From IMG/VR virus record IMGVR_UViG_3300032007_000015: DNA of 64,000 nucleotides; one strand, written 5' to 3'. Positions 30,207 to 40,140 of the stretch are shown piece by piece; the stretch's first letter is position 1; each line of letters starts with the position of its first letter. The notes beneath the pieces were generated by a model. That model did not search any database. It saw only the letters and a program-made list of their open reading frames with translations, and was not told the DNA's origin. The stretch is from a virus. Taxonomy: Duplodnaviria > Caudoviricetes. Position numbers and translations under genes: made by a program.

Positions 30207-32087
30207 TTATCCTAGCCTTTTCTTTAATTTAGAATACATTTTTTTGACATTTGGTAAATTCATAAATTTATATGCAGTAGTTATATAATTACCGGTTTGA
30301 AAATTATCTATAACTTCACCGGCAATATCATCTGTAAAACTATCAGAATTTTCAGGTACAATTTGTACATCTGTTATACCGTGATATGGTATATTTCCTC
30401 CTCTAACATCATATTGAGCACTATCTAATATCATTTTAAATATTAAAGTAGAATCATCAATATTAAGAACACGAATTGTTGAAGGATAGAAAGCTGACAT
30501 ATCCATATCTATTGAAAATAAAAAAACTTTATTTGTTTTCTTATTATACATTATAATACCAAACGGTGTAATTAATAATGGATTCCCAACTAATGCTCCT
30601 TCATATAAAGAATCATCACTATCAGAATCTTCATCATTTTCCATTGCTTTTTCTTGTATTCTATCATATGCTAAAATACCGTTTATATTAGCACCCGGAA
30701 CGATATTTTGCTTCATAAAATATTTATATTCTACGTTTCTAAGTACAACTGTTTGTTTAAATACATTTTCATACTGAGTGATATTTTGATATGATTTAAA
30801 GTATAATGTATCTATATCATTGGTATTATCTTCAATTCCATATTGAAGCAAAACGTCCTTTATATTATAAATAAAATAATTACGGTAATTTGTATAGCCA
30901 ATTGTTTTGATGTCTCCATCTTCACTATAATCTAATTTTTCATCACCAATTTCTCTTTTAGCAATATAATTTAATTTATTAGAACGTAATTCAGAACGTC
31001 CTTTTCTTATTGCTGCGTACAATATCATTTGATCGTAAAATATAGTATATGATGAGCAATGAAAAAAATCTGCTTTATTTTTTACTTCAAAATTTCTTGT
31101 ATCTTTTTTAAAATAACATTCTTTAGTAGGAAAATCTGGATGGCACATAACTTCTTTCGGGTCTATCCCTAATGCAACTAGCCTATCATAAATATAAGGG
31201 ATATCGAATGATGCGGTCCAAATCATCATAAAATCTCTCTTTAATGTATTAATAAGTGAAAATAATCTAATTAACATAGTTGCTTCATCAGTATAAAAAT
31301 AAAAATTATAATCAAATTTTCCATAAGTTTCATCAAATAATGAATGTAACTCCTCTTGTAACCCATCCAAATCATTCATTAATGCTTTTTCTTGTTCAAG
31401 ACGTGACTGATACATTTCTCGTCGTTTCATTTCTTCTTTTATTTTTTTATCTCTTGCTGGTCCGTGAAACATAGATATATCTTTCTCAACACATTCTCTA
31501 CCAACTAATGCAAATGTATACGATTTCTTTTCAAATCCATCAATAACTGTAACTAAGTCTATTGGACAAGATGACGCAGATGCAAAACCTTTAACTTCAA
31601 ATGAATCAGCTTCTATATCCATAAATGCCTTAGTTAATGTAACCGATTTTGGAGATTTAACATCACGCTGCCAAGCATATCTATACCAAACCCTTACATC
31701 ATAATCACTACCAAATACATATGGGTATGTATGTATTTTATTTATGTCTTTGTAATTATGGGTATCGAATATATTATTTAAGAATCTTTTTCCACTTTCT
31801 CCTGATTTTTCTGCTATTACATACGGTATATCAGAATATTTACACGTTACTTTTTCTAATTTTTCTAATTCTCTATATTTTAAATTATAAGTATGATCTC
31901 TAAATTCTTCTTTTTCAAAATATATGTCCATTAAAGGTTCTGGAATTATATTCATATATTTCTCATTTGTTAATGAATCTTTCCATATGACATATATATA
32001 GTCTGGCTTTTTTTCTTTTTTATTTCCTCGAACATACTGAACATCTATCAATATTCCGTGTTCAGTATCAATTTTTTTACTTGCCAT
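30207..32087 (-). CDS. polB: Family B DNA polymerase, N-terminal subunit (3'-5' exonuclease + motif A)
   Basis: MDIEAD (ExoI), SFDIPYIYDR (ExoII), YNIKDV (ExoIII), YEGALV, DMSAFYPS (motif A); no motif B/C. Confidence 0.9.
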   Translation of the reverse strand: MASKKIDTEHGILIDVQYVRGNKKEKKPDYIYVIWKDSLTNEKYMNIIPEPLMDIYFEKEEFRDHTYNLKYRELEKLEKVTCKYSDIPYVIAEKSGESGKRFLNNIFDTHNYKDINKIHTYPYVFGSDYDVRVWYRYAWQRDVKSPKSVTLTKAFMDIEADSFEVKGFASASSCPIDLVTVIDGFEKKSYTFALVGRECVEKDISMFHGPARDKKIKEEMKRREMYQSRLEQEKALMNDLDGLQEELHSLFDETYGKFDYNFYFYTDEATMLIRLFSLINTLKRDFMMIWTASFDIPYIYDRLVALGIDPKEVMCHPDFPTKECYFKKDTRNFEVKNKADFFHCSSYTIFYDQMILYAAIRKGRSELRSNKLNYIAKREIGDEKLDYSEDGDIKTIGYTNYRNYFIYNIKDVLLQYGIEDNTNDIDTLYFKSYQNITQYENVFKQTVVLRNVEYKYFMKQNIVPGANINGILAYDRIQEKAMENDEDSDSDDSLYEGALVGNPLLITPFGIIMYNKKTNKVFLFSIDMDMSAFYPSTIRVLNIDDSTLIFKMILDSAQYDVRGGNIPYHGITDVQIVPENSDSFTDDIAGEVIDNFQTGNYITTAYKFMNLPNVKKMYSKLKKRLG

Positions 32088-32133
32088 TTTTATTCTTCCT
32101 TTCTATTTTTATCTTAATTTTATGTATAATACA

Positions 32134-32166
32134 TCATAGAATCTGATATATTTAACAAAAAAATAA
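32134..32166 (+). repeat. 33-bp direct repeat, left copy
   Basis: tcatagaatctgatatatttaacaaaaaaataa; 32/33 identical to 32697-32729. Confidence 0.9.
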
Positions 32167-32201
32167 GTAGGCTTCTTAAAATCTAAGAAGCCTACTTATT
32201 T
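32161..32201. terminator. Terminator hairpin of the accessory cassette
   Basis: aaataagtaggcttctta / taagaagcctacttattt. Confidence 0.8.
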
Positions 32202-32204
32202 GAT

Positions 32205-32540
32205 TTAGATAAGAAGAACAACATGAATGCTTCTCTTATCTAAATCGAACCCATCTCTGACATCGTACCCATATGTACTATGGGTACTGTCAACATGACA
32301 AATATGTTCATATTTGTCAATCTCTTTATACTGGTCTTCAGTGCAGACCAGTACGTTTGCATGATTGTCCGTGATTGGGACAATCTCAACACTTGGTAAA
32401 TAGCCAGGGTTGCCGATCGTAATACGGTAACCAATCTCTGGCTCGTATCCAGTAAGACACTCTTCGAGTGCCTTATCATAATTTTTATTCGTATTGCAGA
32501 CGGATTTTACACCGTCTATAAAATATTTATTATTTTCCAT
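32205..32540 (-). CDS. Accessory hypothetical protein (start MENNKY)
   Basis: AAAGGAG RBS; visibly higher GC than flanks; structured leader. Confidence 0.75.
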   Translation of the reverse strand: MENNKYFIDGVKSVCNTNKNYDKALEECLTGYEPEIGYRITIGNPGYLPSVEIVPITDNHANVLVCTEDQYKEIDKYEHICHVDSTHSTYGYDVRDGFDLDKRSIHVVLLI

Positions 32541-32611
32541 ATTAACTCCTTTCCCTACTAGCATATGGAACTAGTAGACGTAGTTTTTCAAAGGATGACT
32601 ACGGAACCTTT
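32535..32611 (-). promoter_or_regulatory. Tandem-pseudoknot 5' leader RNA, copy 2
   Basis: AAAGG TTC CGTAGT CAT CCTTT GAAAA ACTACG T CTACTAG TTCCATATG CTAGTAG GGAAAGGAGTTAAT ATGGAA. Confidence 0.75.
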
Positions 32612-32621
32612 ATATTTTTAC

Positions 32622-32665
32622 TTTATTCACAAAAATATTATATCAATATATATATAGAGTTTACG
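32622..32665 (-). promoter_or_regulatory. Early-type promoter of cassette
   Basis: CGTAAACTCTATATATATATTGATATAATATTTTTGTG, nearly identical to 49091-49134; contains TGnTATAAT. Confidence 0.65.
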
Positions 32666-32696
32666 ATTGTAATTTCTATATAATACATATATTCAT

Positions 32697-32729
32697 TCAT
32701 AGAATCTGATACATTTAACAAAAAAATAA
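32697..32729 (+). repeat. 33-bp direct repeat, right copy (contains AACA-N6-TA promoter)
   Basis: tcatagaatctgatacatttaacaaaaaaataa. Confidence 0.9.
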
Positions 32730-32766
32730 TGCCTAATAAAATAATATAGAAAGGTGTGAATATACA

Positions 32767-33744
32767 ATGGGGAAAAAGATTAAAGAAGAAATAATAATGG
32801 ATTTTGAACCATTTATGGAAAGCAGATGTAAAAAAATCATTGATGATTTAGATGAATTGGATAATGATATGCCGTTAATTTCATCATTTCGCCCTCAAAA
32901 AAAAGAGGAAGAAAAAATGGAAGATGAATATATTCCTGAAGAAGATGAGTGGTTAGCAACATTAACTAATTTTAAATCAGAACCTATTAAAAGAAGAAAA
33001 AGTTCTCATAATTTATTCGACGATTTAGGTAATGAAAAAAAGAAGAAGAAAAAGAAGAAGAAAAAAGGTGAATTAACAGATTATAATAGTGAATTTGATA
33101 AAGAAATGACATTATTAAAAAATTTATTAGTTGACCAGAATAATTTTACAGATTCTTTACAAAAGAAATATAATTTATTAGAAAATTCTAAATCTTCTCA
33201 AAGAGGTATTGGTAAATTTACAACAGATTTAATTGAATCTATTAATCAAGCTAGAAAACTATCAATGGATTTAGTTGATAAAACTGTTAGTATTAAAAAG
33301 ACTATTGCTGATTTAACGTTAAAAGAGAAAAAAGAATTTGGTTCTAAAAGTGATGAAAGTACTGATATGGGAATGTATGCTTCTAATTATTTAAAAGAAA
33401 TGATGAATATGGGTAGAAGTAATATTAATAGTATTGGTTATTCTGGAGAAGATTATAATACAGAAGGAACAGAAGATGATTTATTTGATTCAATATCAGA
33501 TGAATTAGCAGACGAAGAAAGATCTGATGAAACATATAAATATTTAAAATATGAAGATAGAGATGTTGTTGTTCATGCATGTATTAATGGAGATCGATTA
33601 ATATGTTTTAAAGCATATGATAAAGATGGAATAGAAATACCAGATTATCCATTACCTGATCCAGATACAAAGTTAAACATAAATAGAAGCACAGAAATAG
33701 CAACAGATAGATATAGTAACAAATATCCAATTGATTGGGTCTAA
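32767..33744 (+). CDS. Hypothetical protein with poly-Lys tract and coiled coil
   Basis: 325 aa, K10 run, AAAGGTG RBS. Confidence 0.8.
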   Translation: MGKKIKEEIIMDFEPFMESRCKKIIDDLDELDNDMPLISSFRPQKKEEEKMEDEYIPEEDEWLATLTNFKSEPIKRRKSSHNLFDDLGNEKKKKKKKKKKGELTDYNSEFDKEMTLLKNLLVDQNNFTDSLQKKYNLLENSKSSQRGIGKFTTDLIESINQARKLSMDLVDKTVSIKKTIADLTLKEKKEFGSKSDESTDMGMYASNYLKEMMNMGRSNINSIGYSGEDYNTEGTEDDLFDSISDELADEERSDETYKYLKYEDRDVVVHACINGDRLICFKAYDKDGIEIPDYPLPDPDTKLNINRSTEIATDRYSNKYPIDWV

Positions 33745-33783
33745 AAATATAGAGTAGTGATTAATTTCACTACTCTATATTTT

Positions 33784-34872
33784 TTATACATAAAATACAG
33801 ATAAATTATATCCATCATTATTATCAGTTGCATTATCTAATGGATGATGATTAAACCAATATTGTCCATCTTCAATTTTAAACATATAATTACTACATTG
33901 TTCTGATGTAACTGTATCACTATAAATATATGTTACCACACTTGTTCCTGGGAAATGTACCCATATTTGAAAACTATCAATATACGCGGAAGGCTTACTA
34001 CCATCACCAGCACCACTATTTTTTGTGTACGGTCTACTTAATATAAACATTACAAACTGATTTTTATCATAATTTAAATATTTATTATTATATGTCAAAA
34101 TTTTATCTTGTAATGATCCCCACACTTGATAATGACCATATGAATTTAAATTAATTTCATTATCTTTCAATACATATGTTGCATATTTTAAACATTTTGT
34201 AAGTGATAAAATATTAATGCCTTCATCTGTTCTTTCACATTCTGCAGATGTCGATGATTTATCACTATACTTAACCTTAGAAATTCTGTCAGTAAGTTTG
34301 TAATATGTTGAAGATATATTATTTCCATCAGAATCATTTGTAGCACTAGTTGCATAAGTTGATGTTTTTGCATTTGTAACTTTTGTTGATAAAGAATATA
34401 ATGAACTAAATTTTTTATATAATTCCTGATATAAATCATACGCACCATTTCTTGTAAATACTACTGAATTAGAACCTGATGATGTTGATTTATATATATT
34501 TCCATATTTAGCTGTTGTTAAATATACATTTGATATATTTGCACCATTACTATCAAAAGTTGTCTTTCCTGCAGATGTTGCACTATTTGCTGTTGCAGAA
34601 TATGTTGACATTTTTGCGTTTTTAGCAAATACAGATGTAGATGCATATGTTGCACTTGTTGTTTTACTAACTTGAGAACTCTTCAAATAATAATTTGAAA
34701 ATAATGAATTTATTCCATTTAAAGCTGTATCAAGTGTTGCTGTTGTCGTATTGCCATAAGCATTTTTTGAAACAATAGTATCATTTTCTCTATTAAAAGG
34801 AAACATAGGGTGTTGATTACCAAGTGAATCAACAAGTTTCATTTGTACTTGATATGTTGGCATTTCATTCAT
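33784..34872 (-). CDS. Tail fibre-like protein, paralogue 1
   Basis: N-terminal YQVQM..MFPFNR..DT; S/T/A-rich ATSATYA-type repeats; divergent C-terminus. Confidence 0.55.
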   Translation of the reverse strand: MNEMPTYQVQMKLVDSLGNQHPMFPFNRENDTIVSKNAYGNTTTATLDTALNGINSLFSNYYLKSSQVSKTTSATYASTSVFAKNAKMSTYSATANSATSAGKTTFDSNGANISNVYLTTAKYGNIYKSTSSGSNSVVFTRNGAYDLYQELYKKFSSLYSLSTKVTNAKTSTYATSATNDSDGNNISSTYYKLTDRISKVKYSDKSSTSAECERTDEGINILSLTKCLKYATYVLKDNEINLNSYGHYQVWGSLQDKILTYNNKYLNYDKNQFVMFILSRPYTKNSGAGDGSKPSAYIDSFQIWVHFPGTSVVTYIYSDTVTSEQCSNYMFKIEDGQYWFNHHPLDNATDNNDGYNLSVFYV

Positions 34873-34887
34873 CTCCTTCCTTTATAA

Positions 34888-35904
34888 TTATATTTTAAAA
34901 ATAGCATATTGAACAGTTGTTCTATATAATGCTGAGGTGTTAACTTCAATATATACACCATTTGACGAACTATGTTTTATCGAATAGTGATTACTGTTAT
35001 TACGCGATTTTAAATCAATTGAACTAGCATCTTCGTCGTGATATTTTGGAATTAAAAATATTCCACAAGCATTTGAATTAAACTTTGATGGTGAAGATGA
35101 TGGTACACCTAATATTATTAAAAATCCGTCATCTAAATCTAAAGGTGTATTTGGTATCTTTACTTTATGAGCATATTGATCATCAACATAAACAGAGCCA
35201 GTTGCTATAAGTTCTACTTGATTTAATAAAGATTGATTATTATTATCATATGTTGCATTATCAGCACTAAAAGATCTTTGTGAATGTGTTGCGGTATTTG
35301 AATATAAAGCAAATGATGCACTTGAACCTTTATCGCCTTGTTTTAAATAATATGTCTGTAATACTCTATTTGCAGCATCTTTATATGTTTTATCAGCAAG
35401 GTCTGCAGATGTAGCCTTATTAACAGTATCAGCAGTTGTATAATAATTAGCAAATTTATTATTAATTTCAGTATATGCTTTATTTGCAAATGTCTCATTT
35501 ACTACTACACGCCCATTTTGATTTGATGAATTTATATCAGTTGATAAATCTGCAGTTGATAAGTATGAAGTAATTGGTTTCATATTTATATCATATTTAG
35601 CTTTTGATGCTGAGTCTGCATTTTCAGCTAATGTTGCATAGGTTGAAGATGTAACTTTTTCAGCAACATCACTAAAACTCGTAGCATATGTTGCAGATGT
35701 AGCCTTATTAACAGTATCAGCAGTTGTATAATAATTAGAAAATTTATTATATAATGTATTCAAGGCTGTATATAATGATGCCGTGGTTTTATTGCCATAT
35801 ACATTTGCCGAAATAATTGTATCATAATCTCTGTTTTTCGGATACATATTATTTTGACTACCATCAGCACCTATTTGTGCCATTTGTATCTGATAGGTTG
35901 ACAT
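34888..35904 (-). CDS. Tail fibre-like protein, paralogue 2
   Basis: YQIQMA..MYPKNR..DT; internal repeat NKFxNYYTTADTVNKATSA; AACA-N6-TA at 35936-35947. Confidence 0.55.
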   Translation of the reverse strand: MSTYQIQMAQIGADGSQNNMYPKNRDYDTIISANVYGNKTTASLYTALNTLYNKFSNYYTTADTVNKATSATYATSFSDVAEKVTSSTYATLAENADSASKAKYDINMKPITSYLSTADLSTDINSSNQNGRVVVNETFANKAYTEINNKFANYYTTADTVNKATSADLADKTYKDAANRVLQTYYLKQGDKGSSASFALYSNTATHSQRSFSADNATYDNNNQSLLNQVELIATGSVYVDDQYAHKVKIPNTPLDLDDGFLIILGVPSSSPSKFNSNACGIFLIPKYHDEDASSIDLKSRNNSNHYSIKHSSSNGVYIEVNTSALYRTTVQYAIFKI

Positions 35905-35994
35905 TTATATCATTCCTTTCTTTTTAGTATTATATTAAATGATTGTTTTTTAATAAAAAGTAGAGATAATCTCAAAGGATTATCTCTACTTTAT

Positions 35995-37224
35995 TTATTT
36001 TAAATTATGAATTTGTTTAATCATATCATTTATATATGAAATATTTACACATATTAATATATTAAATGTATAAAAAGCAAAATTCTTCGTATGGAAATTA
36101 ATTTTATAATTATCAATATCAATATCATATTCATCTCCATATGGAATTACTTCACCTTGTTTTCTAACTCTAAACGATATTAAATCAACTAATGATATTC
36201 CATTTGTTTTATGATAATTAATAACATCTAAGATTGTTTGATTTAATAGAGGTTTTAAATCTATACTATCATCTGGTCCATCTAATCTGCAAGTTGCGTG
36301 ATTAAATAACTGCCATCCAGGTGTTAAATTTAAATCTTCATATTCGACTACATCCGTAAATACTGGTATAATTGAAGCGTCATCTGGAATTTCTGGTTTA
36401 GGTATATCGTGAATTTTATCACTAAATATATAATAAAATCCAGTTGCCCAAAATTCCATTTTTACACTAAAACTAATTTGATAGCTATTCATAATACTAC
36501 CAATTCTTTCACCGTCATCTGTACTAATATCAGATATTGTAGTTATTATTTTTGCTGGATAATATCTATAATATTCTTCATCATTTGTACTTCCTTGTAA
36601 TTTATATGTTATTGGATAATATGAGTTACCATTCATATAATCTATAAATTTTTTAGAACTACCAAGATTATCTTTTAATGGAATATTAGCTAATTTACTT
36701 ATCATATTCATAGAGCTCTTAGATAAGAAACTTTCAAGATATGTGTCAATATCAAATGGTATATTAATTCTAACTGCATTTTTTAAATAATGTACATAAT
36801 TAATTTGTTGCATAAGTGTATTAAAAACCATAACAACATCACAATACATAACATATCTATTATAAGTATATTTCATTTCAATACCATTATTTTGGTCTAT
36901 AAAGAATGGTTGTAAATCACTATACCCTCTAGCTGTATATATATCACCCAATTTTTCAGATATTAATGTATGATTTAAAAATCTGTCATCATCATATGAA
37001 ATTCTAGGTCTAAAAACTATAATAGGTTTTGTCTTTTTTAAAAATTCATGGGGAGTACTTGTTATTTGTCTATGAGCTATTTTTGAATTCATATGGATTG
37101 TTTTAAATGTATTTTGAGGAAACAAATCTAATATCCATTTTTGAATAGTTGCAAGAGCATTACCATACGTATGCGATGCACTTCCCATTACTGTTATATA
37201 TTTAACTTCATGAGGTTTATTCAT
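35995..37224 (-). CDS. Putative virion structural protein
   Basis: ~409 aa in structural cluster; GACA-N6-TA at 37253-37264. Confidence 0.5.
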   Translation of the reverse strand: MNKPHEVKYITVMGSASHTYGNALATIQKWILDLFPQNTFKTIHMNSKIAHRQITSTPHEFLKKTKPIIVFRPRISYDDDRFLNHTLISEKLGDIYTARGYSDLQPFFIDQNNGIEMKYTYNRYVMYCDVVMVFNTLMQQINYVHYLKNAVRINIPFDIDTYLESFLSKSSMNMISKLANIPLKDNLGSSKKFIDYMNGNSYYPITYKLQGSTNDEEYYRYYPAKIITTISDISTDDGERIGSIMNSYQISFSVKMEFWATGFYYIFSDKIHDIPKPEIPDDASIIPVFTDVVEYEDLNLTPGWQLFNHATCRLDGPDDSIDLKPLLNQTILDVINYHKTNGISLVDLISFRVRKQGEVIPYGDEYDIDIDNYKINFHTKNFAFYTFNILICVNISYINDMIKQIHNLK

Positions 37225-37317
37225 TTCTTTTTTCACCTTCTTCATTATTCTTTATAGTAATGTCAATTTAAGAATAATAAAAACCTTAACTAATTATAAT
37301 TAGTTAAGGTTTTTATC

Positions 37318-38283
37318 TTATGAAAATCTAAATAGTATAAAGCTTCCGGTATATCCCGGTGTCACATAATTATTAAAATATACAATATTTCCACTTAAAA
37401 TAAAGTTAGATATTGCACTACTTGTTTTAGGTGTTCTTAATGAACGTACTGTTTTACCATTAAATATAATATATACTTCATTAAAGACTTGATCAAAAAT
37501 TAATAAATTTTCTTTAGATAAATCTGATGACTCATATATTTTATTTTTTGCAAATTTAGCAATATTAACAATACCAACATAACGTAATACTGTACAAGAA
37601 GAATTATTATTACTATCATGTCGCCCAGTAGTTGCATATGTTGCATTTCCAGAATTATATTCCGATTTTGGTGAGAAATCTGCAACAGAAGCTTCTGTTG
37701 CTTTAGCTGTTTTCGGTAAATATGTTGTTGAAATTACATTACCGTCTTCATCACATTTTGCAGTATTTGTTTCTTGTGTTCTTTTTGCAGTATTTGCTGT
37801 ACCACTTTTTAATAAATAATTATTAAATTTACTATTAAGCACATTCTTCATGTTTGTTAATCCAGTAATACTAAAAGGATATTGAGTTGAAGATGATGAT
37901 GTATATATAGTTGTTAATAATCCAGTACTTATATAAGTATTAACGATATTTCTACCTAAACTATCATATGTTGCTTTATCTGCAGTATATGCATATGTCG
38001 ATTGCTTACTATTAGTACTAGATGATGATTTATTTGCAAAGTTACAACTTGTTGAATATACACAACTTGTTGCTTTTGAAACACCTTCTGTTTTACCAAC
38101 ATAATTATCAAATTTTTTATATAAGAATCTCAAGGCATCATCAGCTGTACCATTATATTTTGACGCATCATTACCGAAAAAACTAGATGATACTTTTGTA
38201 TCAAAACCTCTATTTTTCGGATACACATCTATTTCAGTTCCATCCGATGCAATTTCAGCCATTTGAATTTGATATTCTGCCAT
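37318..38283 (-). CDS. Tail fibre-like protein, paralogue 3
   Basis: YQIQMA..VYPKNR..DT; same S/T/A repeats and D..GN.I..TY motifs. Confidence 0.55.
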   Translation of the reverse strand: MAEYQIQMAEIASDGTEIDVYPKNRGFDTKVSSSFFGNDASKYNGTADDALRFLYKKFDNYVGKTEGVSKATSCVYSTSCNFANKSSSSTNSKQSTYAYTADKATYDSLGRNIVNTYISTGLLTTIYTSSSSTQYPFSITGLTNMKNVLNSKFNNYLLKSGTANTAKRTQETNTAKCDEDGNVISTTYLPKTAKATEASVADFSPKSEYNSGNATYATTGRHDSNNNSSCTVLRYVGIVNIAKFAKNKIYESSDLSKENLLIFDQVFNEVYIIFNGKTVRSLRTPKTSSAISNFILSGNIVYFNNYVTPGYTGSFILFRFS

Positions 38284-38305
38284 AAATATTCATCTCCTTT
38301 CTTTT

Positions 38306-39025
38306 TTATTTTTCCCACTTACCATTTATCTTCACATTAATAAATACATTAGCTGATGTAAATACATTCTGAAGTAATGGTAATAAAGTTGTTTTAGTTG
38401 CACTATCTAAGTTAGTTATATTATCTTTAGTTAATAGACCAATTAAATATAACTTGTAACAATTTTCTTTACATCTTTCAATATCTACATAACGTTCATC
38501 AGAACTTCCAAAGTAATCAGTTAATAAATTGATTTTATACATAGATAATTGATCATAACTTTCTGATAAATTATCTGTTATCTTACTATATTCAGTTGTA
38601 GCAACATTTAAAGGAAATACTGATGAAAGATTAATAACCTTTTTATTATCTTTATATACAACCTGTGCATCTATAATATCACAAGTAGATTTTTCATTTA
38701 GTCCATAAGGTAATGAAATACTAAATATACCAGTAGATGTAGAAGGTTTATCTGTAATTAATGCATCAATTTCATATAAACCATTTTTATATAATTTAAC
38801 TTTCATATAGTCATAAGTTGATAATGTTGAGCTTACGATATAAGTTGTACAATCTTGTGTATCACTAAGAAGTATGATACTAAAATTTGAATTTGTTTTT
38901 AATAATACTGAACTTGGGACTGTACTATTTGATACTATATCAGTATCTCTAACATGAATAAAAAACGGTACATTCTTTTTTGTATCAGGGTCTTTACTAA
39001 AAATCCAACCTTTTTGTATTAACAT
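38306..39025 (-). CDS. Hypothetical (fibre-associated?) protein
   Basis: 239 aa, ends INGKWEK; in fibre operon. Confidence 0.6.
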   Translation of the reverse strand: MLIQKGWIFSKDPDTKKNVPFFIHVRDTDIVSNSTVPSSVLLKTNSNFSIILLSDTQDCTTYIVSSTLSTYDYMKVKLYKNGLYEIDALITDKPSTSTGIFSISLPYGLNEKSTCDIIDAQVVYKDNKKVINLSSVFPLNVATTEYSKITDNLSESYDQLSMYKINLLTDYFGSSDERYVDIERCKENCYKLYLIGLLTKDNITNLDSATKTTLLPLLQNVFTSANVFINVKINGKWEK

Positions 39026-39043
39026 TTATTTCACCTTCTATCT

Positions 39044-40003
39044 TTATAAAATTTTTGCTAATTCTGGATAATATAAGTTTATTCCTTTTACATTTTTTAC
39101 CAATTCAGATAATGTTGCAACATTAATCAAGAATCCACCTAATAATACGTTATTAATAATATAAATCATATATGGGAATGCATCTAATCCTAAAAAAGCA
39201 CCATTACCAAATGTTGATATCCATCTTTCAAAGAAATATCTGAATGTAAGGTTTTCCATTTTAGGACTTAATTTAGATATGAACTTAATTAAGTCTGAAA
39301 CATTTTGAATTTGTGCATCCATATAAAGATTATCTACAATATCTATTTCTCTTCTTGAAGGAGCAACACAAGTCTTTAATGCATATGCATTAATAATTTC
39401 CATATTAGTTAATTCACAAACTTTATTTAAATAAAATTTGGATATACAATAATTCACATTATCATATAAAGTTTTATCTATAGACAATGCATATTCTTTA
39501 TTTAATATTCTCATCATCATAGCAGAATATATAGTTGATACATTCTTAAGTAATGATGGTGAACGTTGGAATTTCCAAGGTTCTGAATAATACTCTTTAG
39601 CTATATATGCACTTTCCATCAATACATATAATTTTTTCATATCTATTGTAATAGAAGAACCATCTTTTGAAATTGGTGAGAAATCAGCAATAAATATAAA
39701 TGCTACAGATTTGTTACCTTGTTTCATACATATAAATGGAACTGATTTACCAACTAAAACAGATTTATTATATAATAAAATAACTTCTTTTCTATCAAAT
39801 GCTTCCAATACATTATCTACTATAGGAGATATTCTTGAACGCTTAATCTGTATATATTGCTCTTCAATATATGATTTATCAAGTTGAACACCACCGTTAA
39901 TAGCAGCCATTATCTTTTTTGATGTTGCTGCTGATCTATTTATTTCATTAAACATATATGAATCACTAATACTAGCTTCTGTAAATATCATTATTTTATT
40001 CAC
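39044..40003 (-). CDS. Hypothetical late protein
   Basis: 319 aa, N-terminal IFTEAS; AACA-N6-TA at 40026-40037. Confidence 0.7.
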   Translation of the reverse strand: MNKIMIFTEASISDSYMFNEINRSAATSKKIMAAINGGVQLDKSYIEEQYIQIKRSRISPIVDNVLEAFDRKEVILLYNKSVLVGKSVPFICMKQGNKSVAFIFIADFSPISKDGSSITIDMKKLYVLMESAYIAKEYYSEPWKFQRSPSLLKNVSTIYSAMMMRILNKEYALSIDKTLYDNVNYCISKFYLNKVCELTNMEIINAYALKTCVAPSRREIDIVDNLYMDAQIQNVSDLIKFISKLSPKMENLTFRYFFERWISTFGNGAFLGLDAFPYMIYIINNVLLGGFLINVATLSELVKNVKGINLYYPELAKIL

Positions 40004-40140
40004 CGTCTTTCTTTAAAAAATTCTTTATAGAATTGTTTTTGGTAAGGCTTTTTAGGTGAAAATATAAATTATTAATCCCTTTTTCAACCCAAAAACAATA
40101 AATTAATATTATATTTAAGTATAGAAAGGAGGACTTTACA

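Noticed and set aside
33036-33067. Poly-Lys A-rich tract as a phase-variable site
   Set aside because: Mixed AAG/AAA codons and an intact frame indicate protein-level selection
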